A stretch of 64,000 nucleotides of DNA from Octopus sinensis (lineage: Eukaryota): the NCBI RefSeq assembly GCF_006345805.1, contig NC_043012.1, positions 30,132,001-30,196,000 of the forward strand. Reading direction: 5' to 3'. The position numbers and the translations under genes were made by a program. The notes beneath the pieces were generated by a model. It was given only the letters and a program-made list of their open reading frames with translations, was not told the DNA's origin and did no database searches. Shown piece by piece: positions 39,001-51,080 of this stretch; position 1 is the first letter of the stretch; every line of letters starts with the position of its first letter.

Positions 39001-39171
39001 GCACTCACTACACTCACAGAGTGGTTGGCGTTAGGAAGGGCATCCAGCTGTAGAAACACTGCCAGATCAGACTGGAGCCTGGTGCAGCCTTCTGGCTTCC
39101 CAGATCCCGGTCGAACCATCCAACCCATGCTAGCATGGAAAACAGACGTTAAACAATGATGATGATGATGA
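36021..39171 (+). mobile_element. RTE LINE, 5'-truncated, inactive (end of APE, full RT region with PHD-like insert, 3' UTR)
   Basis: Same family as 1753-5512 from GGCAGACACACTAG onward. LLYADN (decayed YADD), Cys/His insert, FCYLG and (GAT)n tail. Flanked on both sides by (ATT)n. Confidence 0.95.
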
Positions 39172-39399
39172 TTATTATTATTATTATTATTATGGCAGAA
39201 TTGTTAGCACATTGGTCAAAATGCTTAGTAGTGTCTCTTCCAGCTTTACATTCTGAATTCAAATTCTGCTCAGTTAGACTTTTCCTTTGATCCTTTTGGG
39301 GTCCAGTAAAATAACTACTAGTGAAGCAGTGGAATCAAAGTAATTGACCAGCCCCCCCCCTCATAAATATGTGCTTATGATAGAAAGGATTCTTATCAT

Positions 39400-39930
39400 C
39401 ATTGAATGAGAGAGCAGTGCATGCCATCAAAGTGACACTGGGGTATAAATATATGGAGCCCAGTGTACCTATCATGACTACCTGTCTGGTAAGGGTACAC
39501 CATGCATCACAAACGTATGTATGAGATATGGTGATCAAGATAAACAGCACATGATATTGCAGGTGGGGCTCAGAATTTTCTTCAGGTCGAGTATCCCATC
39601 CCACTCAAAAGGTCCCTGAATAAGGGTTATTTAAGGATGATGAACAAAACACCCATGTTTCTGGAGGTGAATTACCCAAACCCCAGAGAATTCTTCTCAA
39701 CACATGGCTATGATGCTCCCCCACTACTTCTGCTAGTGATTAGAGATGCACATATCGTCAGCCAGTAAGGGACATGCTCAACTGGTTACGGTCAAACAAC
39801 TGACAAGCAAATCTGTGGTATTGAGCAGAATATTTGCTGTATCCCATCTTTTATACCAAGACAACACATGTACATGATAACATTTCCAATCAGAAGAGCC
39901 ACTGCCTGGTACTGCATCAGGGCATTTATT
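39400..39930. repeat. Interspersed repeat of unassigned class; second copy at ~63780-64000
   Basis: About 220 bp (GATAAACAGCACATGA...TTCTTCAGGTCGAGTATCCCATCCCACTCAAAA...CAAAACACCCATGTTTCTGGAGGTGAATTA) is nearly identical to the window end. Confidence 0.8.
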
Positions 39931-40582
39931 ATTATCAATAATATTAATACACTAACTTTTTGTTTTTGTATGTACCTATTATGTCCTTCACACTTACTTC
40001 AAAGAAATGGCAAAGCGAGAGAGAGGAGGACAGAGAGGAAGTAAGAGAGAAAGAGAGAGACAGACAGTGAGTGGTGACGGCATTCATTTTGTGTTTTTAA
40101 ATGTTTCAGAAAGTAAGAGAAGTAGATACATATGCACATTGTTAAATCAAAAGCAGGGAGAGAAGAGGGACACAAAGGAAGTGAAAGAGAAAGAGAGAGA
40201 GACAAGAGATACATAAATCCAAAGAAAAGTTCATAAATAGATACATACGCACAGCAAATATTGGATGTCAATTTCACTTTTCATTACCACACAATAAAAT
40301 TAACTCACAAATGGCCCGAGTACTCCACAGACATGCATAACATTAACGTAGTTCTCAGGGAGATTCAGCGTCACGCAGAATATGGCAAGGTTGGCCCCTT
40401 TTAATTACAGCTACAACTCGAGACCTATATATATATATATATATGAGTGTGTGTGTATAGTATAGGTTAGTTAAAACATGTTTGCAATAATAAGTGTCGC
40501 GTGGTGGAAATAAATGCAATTGCCAAACTTTCATTCATAAATCCATTTATTATTTCGTTCTTTTGCATTTCAATTTGTACAT

Positions 40583-41190
40583 TTGTACCCAGAAATTTTC
40601 AACAACTGCACACCAGAAGAAATAGAAAAAGAAGTAATTTTATCTCCTAAAAATTCTGACTGTCTTGCAATAAAGGAAAAAGTCCTTAATATTATACCAG
40701 AGGCACTTAAAACATACTTAAGCACAGATTCAGTGTCCTGCAATAATGAAGAGGAGGTTCAGAACTATCCATTTGAATTCATAAACTCACTCACTCCATC
40801 CGGTTTGCCTCCTCATTGTCTCAACTTAAAAGTAGGGGCTATTGTAATTCTGCTAAGAAATCTTTTGATCAGTCAAGGATTATGTAATGGAACTTGCATG
40901 AAAGTGCAAAGACTTCATGAACATTGTGTAGAGGCATCATTGGTAAGAGGCTCCAACAGAGGTCGTACAGTTCTAATTCCCAGAATTAAACTTGGGCCAA
41001 GTGATGAAAATATTCCATTCACACTAAACAGACTTCAGTTTCCACTTCGACTTGAAAAAGTTGGAATACATTTGCCTCAATCATATATGTCGCATTTTCA
41101 AGAGCACGAATTATCAAAGTAAGAATTATGACACCCAATTGGGATAACAGACAAGGCCAAAAACGTGGTGTGACATGCACACAAAATATT
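40583..41190 (+). pseudogene. Helitron-type PIF1 helicase C-terminal fragment
   Basis: ILSPKN, YPFEFINSLTPSGLPPHCLNLKVGAIVILLRNL, GLCNGT, LIPRI, RLQFPLRL and LEKVGIHLP are PIF1/Helitron motifs. The AMTINKSQGQ segment is deleted and the downstream part is frameshifted. Confidence 0.88.
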
Positions 41191-42412
41191 GCCTCCTATG
41201 AAGTACTGTGAGGAAGAACATTGCACCAGCTAGCTTCACCACCACACCAGCCGCTCCATCATTGCACATCCACATTACACCTTCAAGATCAGGGAACCAG
41301 TTAGGGGCCCACTGGATCTCTCTCAGCATACCAGTAAACCACAAAACCGCACCAACCAGCATCACCACTACCTCCAAGCCCGTCATATATTTATATATAT
41401 ATAATGTGTGTGTTTGTCCCACCACCACCATTGCTTCACACTGATACTGGTGCATTTGCATCCTTGTAATTTAGCTGTTCAGCAGAAGGGACTGATAGAA
41501 AAAGCACCAGGCTTACTAAAGTGCGATGCTCTAGCATGGCCACCGTCAAATGACTGAAACAAGTAAAAGAATAAAAGAATACCAGAAAAACGTTCCGTAC
41601 CACTAAACCAAGAAGGTTCTTTGAATATGTACGATGTATTCTAAGGTTAAATAGTAATTCCGTTTACGTTTGTGTAACTGAGATATTTTGGTTGGATTAT
41701 ATAGTCATTGGTGTTACATTACTTTCTATATTCTGTAACTGTCACAATATACTTTTCTAGGCCTGAAAATTTTGTGGGGAGGGGCCAGTTGATTAGATTG
41801 ACCCCAGTACACAACTGGTACTTAATTTATTGACCCCAAAAGGACGAAAGGTAATGTCGACCTTGGCAGAATTTGAACTCAGAAAGTAAAGACAGACGGT
41901 CATATTATGCAACCATTTCCCATGGCACCAGTACATTGTTTACAGATGCTTACATTTTTTATGTCTTCTGTGAATTTTTCATGGGTCCAGCTATAGTTAT
42001 TATTATTATGAACAAGATGGCATGCTGACAGAATCAATAAAATATCAAAAAATAAGCCTTGTGGTTTCTTCAAACTCTTTATATTCTGAGAACATATCAT
42101 GCCAAGGTCATTCCTCCTGGGTCAATAAAATATAGTACCAGTAAAATACTGGGGTTGAATATGATGACTACCCTCCCACCACTACCTGTGTCATACTGGA
42201 GGATGATGATAATAATAATGATGCTATACCTGGGGATGGAAGAAACCAAGAGCGTAGATATTACCACACCTGGAGATGCAATAGTGGGTGACAAAGGTAA
42301 ACTGGTAATGATTGAGAAATACAAGTTACCAAAAGAGAAAATTACAAGAATGTGGTTTTCACAGAATATTGGAAATGAATGACACTAATTTACGACTATC
42401 ATGCTATTTCAT

Positions 42413-42536
42413 GTACAGAAACACTGCCAGATCAGACTGGGCCTGATGCAGCCTTCTGGCTTCACAGACCCCAGTTGAACCGTCCAACCCATGCTAGCAT
42501 GGAAAGCGGACGCTAAATGATGATGATGATGATGAT
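42413..42536 (+). mobile_element. Very short RTE 3' end insertion
   Basis: GAAACACTGCCAGATCAGACTGG...CCATGCTAGCATGGAAAGCGGACGCTAAA(TGA)n. Confidence 0.8.
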
Positions 42537-43540
42537 GTTCACGCACGGCTTTGGTTAGCCTGGGCTATAGTATAGGAACACACTGAAGGACTGAACCTGA
42601 ATGCACGTGGTTGGGGAGCAGACTTCTAAACCACACAGCCATTTCTGCACATAATAATAATAATTATTTCTCTACTTTGCTCTAGGGATATGGATGTGGT
42701 CTACAATTTGTGTAGGGGTTTAAATAAAAGATGAAGGGAAAGAAAGTGGGGGGAAAAAACAGTGAAATGACATAAAACTATACATAGCATGCAAAATACA
42801 AATGATGCAGTCCTTCTGATACAGGAGAACCTCCAACTTGAGCCAATCAAAGAACCCCATAGATCCAAGTTTACCCTAGTCCCAATGGCACAAGTCCTTG
42901 CCCAACTGCTGTTCTCAAATTTACAGATGCATGTTTAAAGCGGATCCATTCACCCCAACCGTTTTTACCAGTTGCCCGTTTGTTCACAAATTCACTGTGA
43001 CAGAGCACTTCCTTCTCCATCCTCACTTTCCTTTTCAAGTGGAACTTAGAAATAGTTGATAAAAGCTTAACCAAAGAGGAAGGTGTCTTTCCTGAATCCT
43101 TTCATCCTCGTCCATCACACAACCTCTTTTTTAATAGCAACTAGGAGGAAGGCTGTACTTCCCAGTGTGAGCATAAATATGGCTGAGAGGTTAAGAAGCT
43201 TGCTTTGCAACCTCAAGGTCCCATATTCAGTGTTAGTGCATGGCTTCTTGGGCAAATGTGATTTTCAATAGCCTCAGGTTGACCCAAACTTCATGAGTGA
43301 AATTGGGTGGCTTGTAGCTGTAAATCAAAAGGCAGATCATGTCCTGCTGATTCTGTTAAGGATATACATGTCTGTTGGATGTTCATTGTCAAACGAGAGA
43401 GATCCACCATTTTACCAGCATTGGACAGATGAAAGGTAAAAATCTGTCTGAGCAGTGTTTCAACTGAAACTAAACTCTTCAAAGTAGTTAATGCAGTTGT
43501 TTTGTCTGTATTGAACTTTTTTTTTTTTTTTTTGTTCCAG

Positions 43541-43638
43541 AATGGAGATGTTTGCATATCTATATTACATCCCCCTGTTGATGATCCACAGAGTGGTGAG
43601 TTACCTTCTGAAAGATGGAATCCTACACAGAACGTCCG
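43541..43638 (+). CDS. UBE2R2: CDC34/UBE2R2 coding exon (probably exon 3): [32 protein letters not shown](R), with catalytic Cys and acidic loop
   Basis: Poly-T tract and CAG acceptor at 43538-43540, donor CG|GTAAG. 98 nt. Contains the Cdc34-family acidic-loop insertion after the active-site Cys. Confidence 0.97.
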
Positions 43639-44549
43639 GTAAGCAAGTCTCTTTCAGTGTGTGTGTGTGTGTGTGCATGTTAAGCAACTGCTTTTTAGTT
43701 GAAAAATTAAAATGTTCTTGTTTTACACAATTCTTGAAGTGAAACAATGTGTTCGAAATATGTTGTATTTTGGATGGGTCGTTGTACCAGTGAAAATACA
43801 AATACACACTGGTTGTAGTTCACTTTTACATTGCTGATCAGTTGATCAATCAATTATTGATTGAATTGTCAAAGACTTTCACTCAGTGACCTGCAATTAG
43901 TTTTGCTTCCTGTTTTGTGTTTGGTGTTTATATGTCTTGCAAAATGAATTTATAATGAAAGATAATTTGTGTGGTGAAAGACTCTGATGAAACAGTATTT
44001 AATTAATTAGTCAACAATAAACAAGTGAACTGCAGTCAGTGTATGTAGGGGTTTTTTTTTTTTGAGAGAATATCTCCCAAAATGGAACACTAATTACAAT
44101 GTGATTAATCAATATTTATTATATGTTGTGAATTGATACATTGATAAATATCTATTGTATATTATCCTGGTTTCATTTAAGTGATCCATACCCTCTTCAT
44201 GTCAGACTCGAAATAGCTTTTTAGATGGTAGAAAGGGATTCTCTCATAGCTGTGTGTAACTGTCAATACCTTCAGAAAGATCTTGTTTGAAATAATTACT
44301 ACCAAACTCTGCTTGACCAAATGCATTCCTCTTCTTCACCCAAAGCATCTCTATGCTGTTGGAAAGTGAAAGTCATGTATCTGAAGCTTCCCTCCCCTCT
44401 CCCAAACGATTTAACTTATTGAATTGTATATTGTGGTAATTTATTTCTATAGTTCTCTTAGCCACTGGGTATCCACCCATTTCTGATGTCACTAATCATG
44501 TGCGTGTGTAAGAGAGAGAGAGAGAGAGAATCAGTCCATCCATTCATCA

Positions 44550-44940
44550 CATCGGGAAGCTGTTGGCAAAGTGGTTGCTAGATTTTTGTTGAATAAGCTG
44601 ATGGAAGATGTCATCCCTAAATCCCCAAATGGCTTTAGATGAGGTAGAAGAACAATGGATATGATACTCTCTGCAAGACAGACACAAGAGAAATGCACTT
44701 GAACTGCAGATAACTTTTGTATCAAGTCTTTGTTGATTTAAAGAAAGCTTTTGATACAGTTAACAGAGATGCCCTGTGGACAATCCCTGGAAAAGTCAGG
44801 TTCCTACCATCGTTTGTCACTATGTTTGATTGCACTAAGACAGCTCTGATTGACAATGAAGTTAAGCAAGGCATTATTTCTGCTCCTGCTCTTTTATTTT
44901 GATATTCTTTGCTGTTTTGCTTACATATGAATTCTATATT
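44550..44940 (+). mobile_element. Old RTE/BovB-like RT fragment from a different family
   Basis: Frame pieces VGKVVARFLLNKL, GFR*GRRTMDMI, RQTQEKC, FVDLKKAFDTVNRDALW and VKQG..SAP.LF. Confidence 0.75.
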
Positions 44941-45050
44941 TGTGACAAGGGTATTCTCTTGCAGTTTATGTATGTATGTACATAGGTACGTGTTGGATAT
45001 ATTTTAATGCACCTCATATATATGAACATATGTACATATGCATGTATGTA

Positions 45051-45847
45051 AAAGGTGCATTAAAAAAATATCCAACTTTATTTTCTCCTGCCAAAACTAA
45101 TGCCACACAGGCAAAATCCTTTGGACGGGAGCTGATGCCACCCTCCTGCACATGCACCAAATTTTCATGCCAGTAGGCCATGTCAGTTCCCATCTGTTAC
45201 AGCAAGAGTATAAACCATGCAAGATGACCGAATGCATCAAGCAGAGACCAAAGAGCTGGGTCGTGGTTTGAGCAATTCCCATGTGGAGGTGCTTCTGTTG
45301 CTCTGCCAGCACCTTGTGTATGAATTTCACCAACACTCTCTGCATGCATGAATCCTCTGTTAAAATGGAAGGCACTGGTCCTGTGCTTATTCCCAATTTG
45401 TTAGTAGTTTCCTGGATTGTTACATGAAGGTCTTCCGTGACTATTTGCCAAACCTTCTCAATCAGCTCCCTTCTCAATCAGCTTGAGGATGGCCAGCCTG
45501 ACTATGTCTTGCTCACCATTGAAGTGCAGCCATGTTTGAAGTGGTTGTACCACTCATTGATCTGAGCTGTGCCCATCTTCTGGATGGTTGGAGCTTGAGA
45601 ATCATCAAGTTTTTGGCAAAACTTGATGCAATCTCTCTGCTCAGTGTTTCATGAGCACAAAAATCTGATGAGTTCTTACTACACATTTGTACTCTAGGTG
45701 TAACAGCTGCGAACTGGTGTGGCCTACTGGTGCAGAAGTTTTTACACATGCACAGGAAGGGCGGCGTCACCTCCCACCCAAAGGATTTTGCCCATCTTAG
45801 CATTAGCTTTGGCAGGTGAAAGTAGTCGGATACTTTTTGAATGCACC

Positions 45848-45850
<3 letters not shown>
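45051..45850 (-). mobile_element. mariner-derived non-autonomous element with ~160-bp inverted ends; carries transposase N-terminal HTH remnants
   Basis: Left end TA|AAAGGTGCATTAAAAAAATATCCAAC matches the reverse complement of right end GTCGGATACTTTTTGAATGCACCTTG. Minus-strand frames give EQRDCIKFCQKL...WYNHFK...IEKVWQIVTEDLHVTIQETTNKLGISTG...KFIHKVLAEQQK. Confidence 0.85.
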
Positions 45851-45882
<32 letters not shown>

Positions 45883-46274
45883 GACGTAGGCATGGTTGCG
45901 TGATTAAGAAGTTTGCTTCCCAACCACGGGTTCAAACCCACTGTATCATTCCTCAGGCAAGTGTCTTCTAATCTAACTCCCGACCAACTAAAGCCTTCTT
46001 AATAGATATGGTTGCAAGGAAACTGAAAGAAACCTGTCATTTTCTCTGTGTGTGTGTTTGTGTCTATGTCTCCTAATCTTGGCATCACATGATGGTTGTA
46101 AATGAGTGTCACTGTCACACAAGCAATGTCATTCATTTTGAATTTTCTGTATTGACATTTCTGCCCATGAAGAAAATCTTAGCTGTGCTTGAAAAAAGTG
46201 CATCCAGCTGTAGAAAGTTTCCCTCAATAAACTCCATCCAGCTCACACAAGCATGGAAAAGTGAATGTTAAATT

Positions 46275-46310
<36 letters not shown>

Positions 46311-47685
46311 CAATGAAAATAAGACAAAGAAGGTTCTTTAACACATCTTTAATTATAAGTTACACATGTGTTTGTGAGAGAGAGAGAGAAAATAATCATA
46401 TTGTAAATTTAAAAGCTGTTTTCCCTGTTGTTATTCATCTTGATCCTTTGTCATCTTGTTCATCCTTCTCAGTGTTCTGTTGTCATGGACACCTGCCAAT
46501 GTCAGTACCTCACACCCAGTCGCATGTCACCACCTGACATAATGGAAAGTCTGTAATCTTAAGTCTGCTCATTATGAGGTTTTGACTAGGGACGTAACAA
46601 CAACTCACCTGTTCAGAAACAGGAAAGCTTCCATATGGTTTCCTGACCTGCTAGAAATAGCAGCCAAATGGTCTTGAACTGAAACTCCATTGCCTTAAAT
46701 AAAGGAAGGATATATTGGGATAATGTGAAAGTTATTTGTAAAGTCTACTGATTCATGACCATGACTAGAATATTCTTCATCATATGTTCTGTTCATTAAG
46801 AGCTCCATTGGTGCCAAACACCAACAACTCATTTGTTCTTTAACTTTTTCTATAAGTTAATGTTCCACATGTAATAAATTATACTCAACCTATTTCTCAT
46901 CAACTTCTGCAGATCTTCCACATTCACTGTTCATGTTTATACATGAAAGAAGAAACCTATTTTAGCCTATAGACTTAAATATCTGCTATCATTTAGATAA
47001 CTTCTTCACTCTCATGAAATAGATAACAGCTCTCTTCATGTCTTATAAACATACAACCTCTTCCTCAACTCACTTGCATACAGTTTTTCGAGATCATTAG
47101 CACTTTATAGATAACTTGACTCAACTCATTCTCTTACACTCACTCACTCACACCATCACCATTACTCTCGACTCAACCTTCTATGGTCTCCTTAGGGAGT
47201 TGTTTGTCTTTTGAGACCCTTTTGTTGCCTTTAGAGGTATGGATGCATCTAAAAGTTCACTCCACAATCTTGTGGTTCTAGGATCAGTCTCACTGTGCAA
47301 GTGTATGAGTTTATCCAAGTGATATTTGGTAGATGGAAACTGTACAGAAGCCTGTCATACAGACTGTGCAAGTTCTTGAGAATATCAATGCAATCAACTC
47401 TGGGCAATTTGCCCAATTAAGGGAATTAATTATTGCAATTATTACTGCATTTGTATATAACCCACAATTTTCAATTTTAGCATTATAATTATATTGCTGT
47501 AAGAATATAAATCTTATTGGATAACAGTTAAAACATGAAAATGTGACTCAAATTAGTTTTATTAATATCTATTTGCATCCTGAGAGTTATACTTTATCTT
47601 CATTTTCCTCTCAATTGAGGAAATTGTCCGGGAGGGCAGGTGTTCAAGAACTGATTTTAGGCCATAGCCTTTAACCTGTTGGTCA

Positions 47686-47742
47686 CTTTAACACTGTTAC
47701 CTTGCTCCATGGTACCTTTAACACTGTTACCTTGCTCCATGG
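47686..47742. repeat. Tandem duplication with 30-bp period
   Basis: CTTTAACACTGTTACCTTGCTCCATGG occurs twice. Confidence 0.8.
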
Positions 47743-48697
47743 CAAGTCTCCAATCTAAAAATAAGCCATATGTTGTGGTTTCTTCTTTTTTCTCCACCAG
47801 TTGCAGGGGCCCTGAAAGTTTCAAGGCTGGTAGGCTTCATCCCTTAGGCAAGTGTCTCTGGACTTGTTCCACTCCATCCATACTCTAATCACTCTGCTGT
47901 CACTAAACCTTTCCCTCCCATGTCTGGTGCACCATTCATAATTTTCTGAGTTCGTTTGTGACTGCTGATATTATCGAGTCGTTGCTTGTACCGATTAGTA
48001 TTTTATGAACTGGAATTGGTAGCAGTGTTCTTAAGAGTTGTGTGAAATGTCCAGTAGTGTTGTTGCTAAGATGAGGTGTTAAAGTGTGGATTATAATGAT
48101 TAACTATACGACCAGTGCTCTATGCTACAGGAAAGCTTAATTGATTTGTGTGCACAGATGTTGGAAAGCCTTGATCAATATGATTTGTGCAGACTTGTGT
48201 AATAGAGAGACCGCTGATGAAACAAACCTATTTGCTTGATATTTTTAATCATACTACTCTCATTTTTGTTATGGGGCATGTCATTCTGACACTTAGGGGC
48301 TAATGTTCCAGTGACTATGTAAAGACAGAAAATTGGAAGGGTGGGAGAGGAAGAGATAAGACAAGCTGGGTACTTACATGAAATCTAGACATGCACTAGC
48401 TGTGTACACAAGTCTTGTATGTCAAGAGCTGCAGTTGTCAGTATGAACCTTGCATATATAAATAATCTGTTTGGTTTGGGATTTATGTAAATTCCTTCTT
48501 TACTCAGCACAATTGATTTATAGCTATAAGGACATACATAGGACACTGTTTTTGGAAGGTTTTGGAGCTTTCTTATGAGAGAGAGTGGCTGGAGTGGTGG
48601 CAGGGAAACTGTATCCCAGGTTAGAGTCTGGTACAGGTTGTGATGTAACTACTGTATTGTGTTTATAGTGCAGTTTGTGTATTTTTGTTTATTGCAG

Positions 48698-48832
48698 AAC
48701 AATTCTCCTAAGTATAATTTCCTTATTGAATGAACCGAACACATATTCCCCAGCCAATGTAGATGCTTCAGTGATGTATCGCAAATGGAGAGACTCAAGA
48801 GGACGAGATAAAGAATATGAAAATATTATCAG
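48698..48832 (+). CDS. UBE2R2: CDC34/UBE2R2 coding exon (probably exon 4): (R)[44 protein letters not shown](R)
   Basis: TGCAG acceptor ending at 48697, donor AG|GTAAAG. 135 nt, phase compatible with the flanking exons. Carries the E2 LLNEPN and SPANVDA motifs. Not in the ORF track because it has no start codon. Confidence 0.97.
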
Positions 48833-50224
48833 GTAAAGTCATTTTATTATCAGAATTATTAGCTGGACAAAATGCTTAGCAGCATTTCATCCTTTCAGAA
48901 CCAGTTGAGCCCTGGGGTTGATGTAATTACTGACCTTGTGCCAAAGTTTGTAACTGTCGTTGTTGTTATTATTTGTGGTGGTGAGTTGGTAGAATTGTTA
49001 GTGTGCAGGCAAGATGCTTTGCACCATTTCATCCTTGTGAGACTGGTCCTTTTATTTAAAAGACCAGCCAACAATTCATGTTTATTTTATCAGTTGTATT
49101 GTCTCCTTAAAACTTATACCAGTGTTACAAATCATTGTTTGGTCATTTGTCATTTTATATTCTAGGTTCAGTTTGCCCCTGGGTCAGCTTTGCCATTCAT
49201 CTTTTCTAGGGTTAATAAAATCAGAAGCAAGTCAAGCAATGCGATTCATCAGTTGTAATCCCTACTTCCCAATTTAGGGGTTTGTGCAGTTTCAATTTTC
49301 TGAGGTTTGTGTAGCTCTAGAGGGAATGTTTCTGTATGTGACATCTACTTTGCTGTGCAGCAGTGTTTGCTCTTGTATTTCAAGTCATTTCAGTGCGTGC
49401 GCGTGTGTGTGTATAGAATATATACTTTGAGATGTTATTATTTTATTGGGAAGTGTTTGTATCAGAAATGTGCTGTGTGACATAAACATATTGGCAGGTG
49501 ATAGTATTATGAAAGTTGTGATATAGTTTTTGTGATGATTCTGCAGATTATGTAAGTAAATTTGTTCTTTTGGGATGATTGCATAGAACATGAGCCCATG
49601 CTGTGGCAGTTGTGCATTAGTATTGGGTGGGGGTATAGAATATGTACTGTGAAAGTTGTGTTATTGGATTGAAAGTGACATGTGTAGGATATGGGCTGTG
49701 TCTGGTGGGACTAATTCTTTGGACTCTATAAACCTGTTTCATTCCTAGTTTGGTTCTTAAATTTTTGTTTATGTTCTGCTTTATTGCACCCTAATATTAT
49801 TAATTATTTTTGGCATCATTTTTATTCTTATTAAGTTTCACCCAAAGTGGAAGGTGCTGTCCCTCCATTGAATCTGTTGAAAGACGAGGGAGAGTCATGA
49901 AAATGGTGCTGGGTGAATGGCTTTATTTTTCAGCATTGAACCTGTTGGTTGAAAGTAGGCAGTTGTTCCTGTTTGTTACAGCAAGCGTAGATTGGTGAGG
50001 TCCCTTAGTTAGTTTTAGGAGACTGTCCAGCTGTTAGGACATCTCATTGCACTTCTTTGTATACTTTTGGTTTTCAAATCTTTTTGTTTGTGACTGATTC
50101 TGCAGACTCCTCCATTGTTTTTTGTATTAAGTCCTTGTAATGTTCTATTTAACTGCTGCCCTTGTGGCGAATATAAATTGTTGTTGTTGGGGTTATTATT
50201 GATTGTTAATTCTTCTGTGCACAG

Positions 50225-50438
50225 GAAACAAGTTCAAGCAACAATAGCCGATGCGGAGAAGGACGGTGTGACAGTGCCGACCACCCTCCAGGAATACTGC
50301 GTAAGCGGCCGTCCCAAACAGACTGAGAGCCACACCGACTTAGACTATTACGACGACGACGTCTTTCTTGACGATGACGATGACGACCATGCTGACGGTG
50401 ATGATGACGATTGTTGTTCAGGGCAGGAAGACTCTTGA
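50225..50438 (+). CDS. UBE2R2: CDC34/UBE2R2 terminal coding exon: KQVQATIADAEKDGVTVPTTLQEYC...acidic tail...SGQEDS*
   Basis: CAG acceptor at 50222-50224. DGVxVPTTLxEYC and an Asp-rich tail ending SGxE(D/E)S are Cdc34-family hallmarks. Stop TGA is followed by TAA. Confidence 0.95.
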
Positions 50439-51074
50439 TAATGGCCTGAAATGTGATAGATATTACTGAGGTGGGGCGAGGGGGGTGAGGGAGGGGGGTG
50501 GTTGTTGATTGGAAGTTGGTGGGGGTAATGAGTGTTAGGGGTGAGTGCAGAAAGGGTGAGACAGAGAGAGAGTGGGAGAAATATTGTGAATGTGTGTGTG
50601 TGAGAGAGAGAAAGAGAGAGAGAAAGACATATATATATATAGAGTGAGACTGATTGCATGGATGGATGGCTGGATGAATGGTTGGATGGTTGTATAGGAG
50701 AGAGTGAATGGGAGGAATGGAGCAGGGGTGAGAAGCAGCAAAATAAGGTGGTGGTGGTGGTGGTGGTGCAGTGAGAATTTTACTCTGAAAGAGTGGTGGG
50801 TTCAGGTAAAAAGAAGAGAACAGAGTTTGGGTGGGGAGGGAGGAGGGGGAGAAAAACCAACCCAAACAAAACATATAAAACCAAAAAAAAAACCAAAACA
50901 GTACAAAAAACAGCTACAATAACAACAAACACATTTTTTCGTTGATGGGGTGAGTGGGAGGAAGTAAGGTGAAGAAAGGAAAAGATGAGTTGGAGAAAGG
51001 GAAAAATAGCAAAAATTGGAAAAAAAAATTTTAAAAATACAAAAAAAATTACATAAAAGTTAAATTTGGAGGAG

Positions 51075-51080
51075 AATAAA
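51075..51080 (+). terminator. Candidate polyadenylation signal of the E2 gene (alternative AATAAA at ~51584)
   Basis: AATAAA ~640 nt after the stop, followed by a T/GT-rich stretch at 51100-51150. Confidence 0.35.

Noticed and set aside
40583-41122. Host PIF1 helicase gene
   Set aside because: Intronless partial fragment with a deleted conserved motif, inside another gene's intron; best explained as Helitron debris.
50206-50874. 222-aa minus-strand ORF antisense to the last exon and 3' UTR
   Set aside because: Low-complexity product of the purine-skewed UTR, which depletes antisense stop codons.
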